Positions 57,027 to 64,000 of a DNA stretch of 64,000 nt are shown in pieces. A model generated the notes under the pieces. It saw only the letters and a list, made by a program, of their open reading frames with translations, did no database searches and had not been told where the DNA came from. This DNA comes from Bacteroides sp. (GTDB lineage: Bacteria > Bacteroidota > Bacteroidia > Bacteroidales > SM23-62). Location of the stretch: contig DRHS01000137.1 in NCBI GenBank assembly GCA_011053095.1, forward strand, positions 1,120-65,119, given 5' to 3'. Positions within the stretch are counted from its first letter, which is position 1, and each line of letters starts with the position of its first letter. Position numbers and translations under genes: made by a program.

Positions 57027-59387
57027 ATGGATAAAAGTTTTTTTCAGTCTGAATATTTCCTTGCCGGTAGCTTTGCATTGGTAATAATACTGCTATTCTG
57101 GTTTTCACTGCCCGATCCCCTTTTCACTGATCCCTCCAGCACGGTTCTGGAAGATCGGAACGGTAAGCTGATGGGGGCAAGGATAGCTGAAGATGGCCAG
57201 TGGAGATTTCCTCCTCTTGACTCAATACCATACAAATACGAACAATGCCTCCTCCTTTTTGAAGACCGTTATTTTTACCATCACCGGGGATTTAATCCCC
57301 TGGCACTTACACGTGCCTTTTATCAGAACATGGAGGCGGGATCCATTGTAAGCGGGGGCAGCACCATCAGTATGCAGATAATCCGTCTTTCCCGAAAAGG
57401 AAAACCACGTAATGTTTATCAGAAATTTATCGAGATCATTCTTGCCTCAAGGCTTGAACTGACCAACACAAAAAAGGATATCCTTTCCCTGTATTCTTCA
57501 AATGCTCCTTACGGAGGAAATGTTGTGGGACTTGATGCAGCCGCCTGGAGGTATTTTGGACTCCCACCCGCTCAATTAACCTGGGCTGAATCAGCAACAC
57601 TTGCTGTTTTGCCAAATGCACCCTCGATTATCCATCCCGGAAGGAACCGGCATCTATTGCTTGAGAAACGAAACCGCCTTCTTGAGAGATTGCTTGACGA
57701 AGGCCTGATTGATACCCTCAGCTGCAAACTTGCCACTTTTGAGCCACTCCCTTCAGAACCCCATCCACTTCCCTCCCTTGCACCTCATTTGCTTGATTTC
57801 ATATACATTAATTATCAGGGTAAACGGATTTCCTCTACCCTGGACGCTGATCTTCAGTCTCGGGTTAACAATATTGTTGAAGAACACCATAAAGTATTAA
57901 TTCACAACGAAATACACAATGCATCCTGCCTGGTTATTGAAACTATGTCAGGAGAAGTCAGGGCCTATGTCGGAAATACAAGTAATGATGGACGGCCTGA
58001 GTTTTCCGGAGATGTGGATATTGTCCGGTCACCAAGAAGTACAGGCAGTATTCTTAAACCTCTTCTTTTTTGCCTTATGCTTGAGGAGGGAGAAATCCTG
58101 ACCAGCTCCCTTATTCCGGATATCCCTACACAATATACAGGATATTCTCCCAAGAATTTTAATCATGAATATGATGGGGCAGTCCCCGCAAGAAGAGCTC
58201 TTGCAAGATCCCTTAACATCCCGGCCGTCAGGATGCTGCAATCCTATGGATTGGGTCGGTTTTATTACCAGCTTGAAAAACTCGGTATGAAAACACTTCC
58301 CCAACCGGCCGCTCACTATGGACTGAGTCTTATTCTCGGTGGTGCAGAAGGAAACTTAATGTGGATTACAGGAATGTATGCATCAATGGGAAGGGTTCTG
58401 GGGCATTATAATGAGAGTGGTAAATATTTTGAAAATGACATCCGCGAGCCCGGCATTATTAAATCCCCGTTCGGGAATATTGACCGAGGCAGAGATGAGA
58501 ACCCTCATCCTTACAGTGCTGCCTCGGTATGGCTTACTTTTCAATCATTATTGCAGGTAAACAGGCCCGAATCCCAGGCAGGTTGGCAATCCTTTCAATC
58601 AGCATCAAATATTGCATGGAAAACAGGAACCAGCTTTGGGTTCCGTGATGCCTGGGCAGTGGGTACAAGTCCCTCGTACACCATTGGAGTCTGGGTAGGA
58701 AACGCTGATGGTGAGGGTCGTCCGAATCTTACCGGAATTTCAGTTGCTGCACCAATCCTTTTTGATGTATTCAGCCTTCTGCCAGGTAATACATGGTTCC
58801 AACCCCCGCTAAATGAACTTTTCCCCACTGAAGTTTGTCGCCAGAGCGGATATCTGCCCGGTCCCCACTGCCCGGACAGGGATACCACCCTGGTTCCTGA
58901 AAAAGGCCTGCTTTCTGCTTCCTGTCCCTATCACATAATGGTTCATCTGACTGAAGACGGCCAATACAGGGTAAGCAGTGATTGTATGGAAACCGAAAAG
59001 ATGAAGCATGAAGCCTGGTTCTTACTTCCCCCGGTTCAGGAGTGGTATTACCGCTCGGGGAATCCTGAATACCGGATTCTTCCGGATCTGCATCCGGATT
59101 GTATGGAAAGCGGAGAAATTTCATTTCTGGAGCTTATTTATCCCCGGCATTCAGCACGCGTTTTTGTTCCACGTGAACTTGATGGCACACCTGGCGAAAT
59201 CATCCTTGAGGCCGCACACAGAAATTCATCTACTTTGATTCACTGGCATCTTGATGACCGGTATTTGGGTAGCACCCGTCATATACACCAGCTTGGGATA
59301 GCGCCACTAAAAGGATTACATATCCTGACCCTGGTTGACGAAGCTGGCAATTCCCTGGTTCACCAATTTGAGGTCATTGACAGGTAG
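57027..59387 (+). CDS. pbpC: Penicillin-binding protein 1C
   Basis: EDRYF, GGSTISMQ transglycosylase; GSILKP, SLN, KTG transpeptidase; C-terminal BiPBP domain; follows A2M. Confidence 0.93.
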   Translation: MDKSFFQSEYFLAGSFALVIILLFWFSLPDPLFTDPSSTVLEDRNGKLMGARIAEDGQWRFPPLDSIPYKYEQCLLLFEDRYFYHHRGFNPLALTRAFYQNMEAGSIVSGGSTISMQIIRLSRKGKPRNVYQKFIEIILASRLELTNTKKDILSLYSSNAPYGGNVVGLDAAAWRYFGLPPAQLTWAESATLAVLPNAPSIIHPGRNRHLLLEKRNRLLERLLDEGLIDTLSCKLATFEPLPSEPHPLPSLAPHLLDFIYINYQGKRISSTLDADLQSRVNNIVEEHHKVLIHNEIHNASCLVIETMSGEVRAYVGNTSNDGRPEFSGDVDIVRSPRSTGSILKPLLFCLMLEEGEILTSSLIPDIPTQYTGYSPKNFNHEYDGAVPARRALARSLNIPAVRMLQSYGLGRFYYQLEKLGMKTLPQPAAHYGLSLILGGAEGNLMWITGMYASMGRVLGHYNESGKYFENDIREPGIIKSPFGNIDRGRDENPHPYSAASVWLTFQSLLQVNRPESQAGWQSFQSASNIAWKTGTSFGFRDAWAVGTSPSYTIGVWVGNADGEGRPNLTGISVAAPILFDVFSLLPGNTWFQPPLNELFPTEVCRQSGYLPGPHCPDRDTTLVPEKGLLSASCPYHIMVHLTEDGQYRVSSDCMETEKMKHEAWFLLPPVQEWYYRSGNPEYRILPDLHPDCMESGEISFLELIYPRHSARVFVPRELDGTPGEIILEAAHRNSSTLIHWHLDDRYLGSTRHIHQLGIAPLKGLHILTLVDEAGNSLVHQFEVIDR

Positions 59388-59494
59388 CGGATCAAATGTA
59401 AAAAATAGTTAAAAACCGGCTGATTCAAACCTTTTGATCTTCATATCCGTTATTATCCTGTATATTTGTCCGTCTACAAATTATTATTTGTTCC

Positions 59495-61204
59495 ATGATT
59501 AATAAAAAATCCGGTAAAAAACTTGGTATCCTGGCTCTGATTGCTTTGATTTCAGCAAGTTCTTTGTTGTTCATTTCATCCTCAAATGATGACTTCAAAC
59601 TCGTTAAAAGCCTCGAGATATATTATTCCCTCTTTCGTGAACTGAATCTTTTTTATGTTGACGAGACAAATCCTGAGAAACTTGTTGAAAACAGCATCAA
59701 TGGAATGCTTAAGGAACTTGATCCCTACACCAACTATATCCCCGAATCAGACAGTGAAAACTTCAATTTCATGACCACCGGCGAATATGGAGGAATTGGA
59801 TCACTCATTCGCCGTAATGGTGATTTTGCAATTATTGCTGAACCTTATGAAGGATTTCCTGCCGCTGTAGCAGGCCTCCGTGCCGGAGATACCTTGGTTG
59901 CAATAGACGGGAAAAACATGGAAGGCATGGCAATCAGTATTATAAGTGATAATTTAAAAGGGGCGCCCAAGACACCGGTCACGCTGACAATTCGCAGATA
60001 TGGAAATCCTGATCCCATAGAAATATCCCTTGTAAGAGAGAAAATCATCATTTCAAATGTTCCCTACTTTGGTATGCTGGACGATCATACCGGATATATC
60101 CGGCTGGCAAATTTCACCACCGGTGCTGCAAAGGAAACAAAGTTTGCTCTGCTTGAACTCAGGAAAAATCCTTCTTGTGATGCTATTGTTCTGGATCTCC
60201 GAAGTAACCCTGGGGGATTACTAATAGAGGCCGTGGATGTGGCTAATCTTTTTATTCCCCAGGGAGAAGAAATCGTATCCACCCGAGGCAGGGTTAAGCA
60301 ATGGGATCATGAATACCGTACCCGGTTTTCACCGGTTGATACATCAATTTTTGTTGCTGTGCTTGTTAGCAGGGGATCTGCCTCCGCTTCTGAAATAGTT
60401 GCCGGTAGTTTGCAAGACCTGGATCGTGCAGTAATTATCGGCCAGAGGACTTTTGGAAAGGGACTTGTTCAGACAACTCGCGAACTGAGTTATAATAGTC
60501 GTCTTAAGGTTACCACGGCAAAGTACTATATCCCTTCAGGCCGCTGCATACAGGCCCTTGACTATTCCAACAGGAACGAAGACGGAAGTGTGGGGGTAAT
60601 ACCCGATTCACTTATTTCCGAGTACCAGACACGCAATGGTCGTACTGTGTTTGATGGGGGAGGCATACAGCCTGATTTTCCTACAGAAGCAGGCAGGTTA
60701 AACCAGATAAGTATTGCCTTGTTAACCAAGAATATAATCTTCGATTTTGCTACAGTATATGCAGCCACAAATGAAAATATCAGTCCCATAAGTGATTTTG
60801 AATTTTCACAGGAGGATTTTGAGGAATTCAAACAACTTGTTTCTACCCGTGATTTTCATTACGAGACACGAAGCGAAGGGTCCCTGAAGACTCTCATTGA
60901 CATAGCCAAACGTGAAAAATACTTCGAGCTTGCCGAAAGCGAATTCCTTGCCCTCGAAAGCAAACTTTCTCATAATAACGAGAAAGATCTTGACAATTTC
61001 AGTGAGGAAATTATTCAGCTTTTAAAAGAAGAAATAGCGGTTCGCTTCTACTATCAGAAAGGACGGATGCAGGCCGCCATTGAATCCGATCCGGAAGTTG
61101 AAAAGGCCATGGAAATCCTTGGACAGCCGGGTCTTATTCTCAGCACCCTGAATGAGCCTGAAGGAACGATTCATGCCCTCAACCACCCGGTGCTGGAGGA
61201 ATAA
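59495..61204 (+). CDS. S41 C-terminal processing peptidase (PDZ)
   Basis: LDPYT, YGGIG PDZ, DLRSNPGG, SASASE, TFGKGLVQ, GGGIQPD. Confidence 0.93.
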   Translation: MINKKSGKKLGILALIALISASSLLFISSSNDDFKLVKSLEIYYSLFRELNLFYVDETNPEKLVENSINGMLKELDPYTNYIPESDSENFNFMTTGEYGGIGSLIRRNGDFAIIAEPYEGFPAAVAGLRAGDTLVAIDGKNMEGMAISIISDNLKGAPKTPVTLTIRRYGNPDPIEISLVREKIIISNVPYFGMLDDHTGYIRLANFTTGAAKETKFALLELRKNPSCDAIVLDLRSNPGGLLIEAVDVANLFIPQGEEIVSTRGRVKQWDHEYRTRFSPVDTSIFVAVLVSRGSASASEIVAGSLQDLDRAVIIGQRTFGKGLVQTTRELSYNSRLKVTTAKYYIPSGRCIQALDYSNRNEDGSVGVIPDSLISEYQTRNGRTVFDGGGIQPDFPTEAGRLNQISIALLTKNIIFDFATVYAATNENISPISDFEFSQEDFEEFKQLVSTRDFHYETRSEGSLKTLIDIAKREKYFELAESEFLALESKLSHNNEKDLDNFSEEIIQLLKEEIAVRFYYQKGRMQAAIESDPEVEKAMEILGQPGLILSTLNEPEGTIHALNHPVLEE

Positions 61205-61412
61205 GGGTTATCCGGTCGCCGTCTTGAACTTCTTCTTCCTGATGAGATATTGTTCCGTTAAGGGAAACCACGAAATTCAACTTCTCCAATCCGGGATGCC
61301 TTTCCAATACAGAATCCAGAACTTTTGATTTAGATCCGCTCAATTCAATGTTTTCAGAAGCCTTTCCTGCAGTTTCTGCCAGTAATCCAAGATATTGAAC
61401 TTCTATTGACAT
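61179..61412 (-). CDS. MoaD/ThiS family sulfur carrier (ubiquitin-like)
   Basis: 77 aa beta-grasp pattern ending DGDRITLIPPAPGG. Confidence 0.85.
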   Translation of the reverse strand: MSIEVQYLGLLAETAGKASENIELSGSKSKVLDSVLERHPGLEKLNFVVSLNGTISHQEEEVQDGDRITLIPPAPGG

Positions 61413-61431
61413 GTTTATATAATTTTTACAA

Positions 61432-63999
61432 TTAGTGTGCCTCGAGCCAGTTTGTTCCGGTACCGTAGTCTACTACCAGTGGAACGGAAAGTTCATAGGC
61501 GTTTTCCATTTCCCTGATTACCATCATCCTTAGTTCTTCAAGTTCGGATTTCAATACGTCAAAAACAAGCTCATCGTGGACCTGTAATATCATTTTACTT
61601 CCCAGTCCAGAATTATCTATGTTATTCTGTATCCGAATCATTGCAATTTTTATTATGTCGGCAGCCGATCCCTGTATTGGAGCATTTATAGCATTTCGTT
61701 CCGCGAAACCACGCACCACAGCATTCCTTGAATTTATATCGCGCAGATACCTGCGTCTGCCCAGCATGGTTTCAACATAGCCGTTTTCGCGGGCTGCTGC
61801 AATACATTCGTCCATGTATTGCCTGGCCCTTGGGTACGTTGTGAAATAGCTGTCAATCAACGTTTTAGCCTCGCTTCTTGAGATATTCATCCGCTGGGCG
61901 AGGCCAAACGCCGAAATCCCATAAATAATGCCGAAATTGGCCGTCTTCGCCTTGCCCCTTTGCTCCCTTGAAACCTCCCCGGGAGGAAGATTAAAGATTT
62001 TTGAAGCCGTCGAAGTATGTATATCTTCTCCCTTTTGAAAGGCCTCACGCATCAATGGATCACCGCTCATGTGGGCCATAAGTCGGAGTTCTATCTGGCT
62101 GTAATCAGCTGATAAAAATATATATTCCCCGCCACGTGGAACAAACGCCTTTCTGATTTCTCGCCCTTTTTCTTCACGGATAGGGATGTTTTGAAGGTTT
62201 GGGTTGTTTGAACTCAATCTTCCCGTGGCCACCACTGCCTGGTTGTATGATGTATGAACGAGTCCCGTCCTTGGGTTGATCATTTTAGGCAGGGCTTCAA
62301 CATATGTTGATAGCAACTTTCTGTAGGTTCTGAATTCCAAAACCTTGCTAATAATCGGGTGTTTGTCGACAAGCTTTACAAGCACCTCTTCACCCGTGGA
62401 GTATTGTTTTGATTTCGTTTTTTTTGCGTCTGTAATAATTTTAAGACGTTCAAATAAAATATCCCCCAATTGTTTCGGGGATGAAATATTGAACTCCACT
62501 CCGGCAAGTTGGTAGATAGAGTCCCTTAATTCTATTAAATCAGCTTCAAGAATCTCAGCAAATTTGCCAAGAGATTCATCATCGAGTTTTATTCCCGACT
62601 CTTCCATTTTGCATAAAACCGCGATCAGTGGAAACTCTATTTCAGATGAGAGACTTTCAAGCCCCATTTTTCCTATTTCCTCTTTTAGTAGCAGGTACAA
62701 TTGCCATGTTATATCAGCATCTTCAGCAGCATAATCAATTATCTTCTCAAGGGATACATCCCTCATGCTGCCCTGCCGGCCTCCTTTCTTGCCGATTAAA
62801 TCTTCCGTTGGTATATTCCTGTATCCCAGATATGCTTCAGCAAGAAAGTCAAGCCCGTGTCTTTGCTCCGGTTGCAACAGATAGTGAGCAATCATCGTAT
62901 CAAACACCGGTCCGGTAGTTTCTATCCCGTAATTACGAAGGACCTGGATATCATATTTCAGGTTCTGCCCTACTTTTAATATCCTGCCATTCTCGAGGAC
63001 TGATCGAAACAATTCAAGAATTTTTATTACCTCTTCTCTATCTTCTGGCACAGGTACATACCATCCAGTATGGGATTCCCAAGAAAATGCAATTCCGACA
63101 AGTTCTGCATCAATCGCATTAATATCAGTTGTTTCTGTATCAAAACAGAATGAATCAAGCTTTTCAAGTGATCCGATCAGGGATGATAACTTTTCTTTTG
63201 TATCAACAGCTAAATATTCGTGTTCTGTATCCTGTATTGACCTTAATTGGGACACGGGCTGTACGGCAACAGAGGCATCGCTGAACAAGTCACCTTGCCC
63301 GGATGATGAACCTGTCCCTGATGAAGTGACCGAATCTGGTAGTCCAATCTCATTTTTACTTAAGCCAATAACAGACAAAACCCTGTTTGTCAGTGTCTTA
63401 AACTCCAGTTCCTGAAACAATGATATAAGATCTTCCCTTTTCGCTCCACCAACAACCAGGGCTTCCTGGTCGAAATCCACCGGAACATCCAGTCGAATCG
63501 TTACAAGATCTTTTGACATGTGAATCTGGTCCTGGTTCTGGTCAAGGCTCTCCTTTATTTTTCCCTTTAGCTCATCCCTGTGTTCAATCAGATTTTCAAC
63601 CGACTTGTACTGAGAAATAAGCTTTTTAGATGTCTTCTCACCTATCCCCGGCGCTCCGGGAACATTATCTGAACTGTCGCCCCATAACGCAAGAACATCA
63701 ACAACCTGCTCTGGCCTATCAACCATAAACCATTCTTTTACCTCCTGAACCCCAATCACTTCAGCATCATTGCCCGAGCGCCTGGGTTTGTACATAAAAA
63801 CATTTTCATTTACCAGTTGTGTAAAATCCTTGTCGGGGGTCATCATATAAACTTCAAAACCTTCAGATCCCGCCTTTGTAGCAAGCGTCCCAATAACATC
63901 ATCGGCCTCAAAACCTTCTACTTCAATGGCCGGAATGTTGAGGGCTTCCAGTATTCTCTTTATCCATGGAATAGACAGACGGATTTCTTCAGGAGTGGC
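61432..63999 (-). CDS. polA: DNA polymerase I (5' part beyond window end)
   Basis: Frame continues past 63846 (ATPEEIRLSIPWI..EADDV); GDSSDN, FDTETT exo I, ATGRLSS, ADYSQIELR, QVHDE. Confidence 0.97.
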   Translation of the reverse strand, partial: ATPEEIRLSIPWIKRILEALNIPAIEVEGFEADDVIGTLATKAGSEGFEVYMMTPDKDFTQLVNENVFMYKPRRSGNDAEVIGVQEVKEWFMVDRPEQVVDVLALWGDSSDNVPGAPGIGEKTSKKLISQYKSVENLIEHRDELKGKIKESLDQNQDQIHMSKDLVTIRLDVPVDFDQEALVVGGAKREDLISLFQELEFKTLTNRVLSVIGLSKNEIGLPDSVTSSGTGSSSGQGDLFSDASVAVQPVSQLRSIQDTEHEYLAVDTKEKLSSLIGSLEKLDSFCFDTETTDINAIDAELVGIAFSWESHTGWYVPVPEDREEVIKILELFRSVLENGRILKVGQNLKYDIQVLRNYGIETTGPVFDTMIAHYLLQPEQRHGLDFLAEAYLGYRNIPTEDLIGKKGGRQGSMRDVSLEKIIDYAAEDADITWQLYLLLKEEIGKMGLESLSSEIEFPLIAVLCKMEESGIKLDDESLGKFAEILEADLIELRDSIYQLAGVEFNISSPKQLGDILFERLKIITDAKKTKSKQYSTGEEVLVKLVDKHPIISKVLEFRTYRKLLSTYVEALPKMINPRTGLVHTSYNQAVVATGRLSSNNPNLQNIPIREEKGREIRKAFVPRGGEYIFLSADYSQIELRLMAHMSGDPLMREAFQKGEDIHTSTASKIFNLPPGEVSREQRGKAKTANFGIIYGISAFGLAQRMNISRSEAKTLIDSYFTTYPRARQYMDECIAAARENGYVETMLGRRRYLRDINSRNAVVRGFAERNAINAPIQGSAADIIKIAMIRIQNNIDNSGLGSKMILQVHDELVFDVLKSELEELRMMVIREMENAYELSVPLVVDYGTGTNWLEAH

Positions 64000-64000
64000 G

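Noticed and set aside
51145-59387. A2M + PBP1C as a novel defence system
   Set aside because: The alpha-2-macroglobulin/pbpC pairing is already well described
423-62918. Numerous short antisense or alternate-frame ORFs in the ORF track (e.g. 15270-15884, 37112-37630, 54166-54648)
   Set aside because: They overlap well-supported CDS and show no recognisable motifs; treated as shadow ORFs
1-64000. CRISPR arrays, IS elements, prophage, rRNA/tRNA genes
   Set aside because: Intergenic gaps are all under about 270 bp; no spaced direct repeats, transposase/integrase ORFs or cloverleaf-like sequence seen

Overview
Gene-dense chromosomal window from a Bacteroidota (Bacteroidales-like) genome. The assignment rests on repeated TAnnTTTG -7 promoter elements, signal peptides followed by Gln, the DUF4271-hemD-rnpA order and Reg_prop/Y_Y_Y sensors. 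It holds about 47 CDS (partial at both ends) covering housekeeping (polA, xth, rsgA, rnpA, dtd, deoC, hemD), tRNA-modification and sulfur-relay genes (mnmH/selU, U32, MoeB-like, MoaD/ThiS), peptidases (M3, M16 pair, S41, PepE), alpha-2-macroglobulin/pbpC, an ECF sigma/anti-sigma/porin unit and a TetR-controlled Lol-like ABC operon. I saw no rRNA, tRNA, CRISPR array, transposase or prophage. The best candidate for an undescribed system is an adjacent pair of signal-peptide-bearing enzymes: an ankyrin-repeat Shewanella-like PPP phosphatase and a CotH/Fam20-like kinase-fold protein, which could form an extracytoplasmic phosphorylation cycle. Other notable items are a 1540-aa receptor fusing two solute-binding domains to a beta-propeller/Y_Y_Y sensor and a PP2C phosphatase, a His-less hybrid pseudokinase, an orphan divergent GroES co-transcribed with a Trx-glutaredoxin fusion, and deletion-compressed gene remnants. 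All family calls come from reading motifs by eye; no database searches were run.
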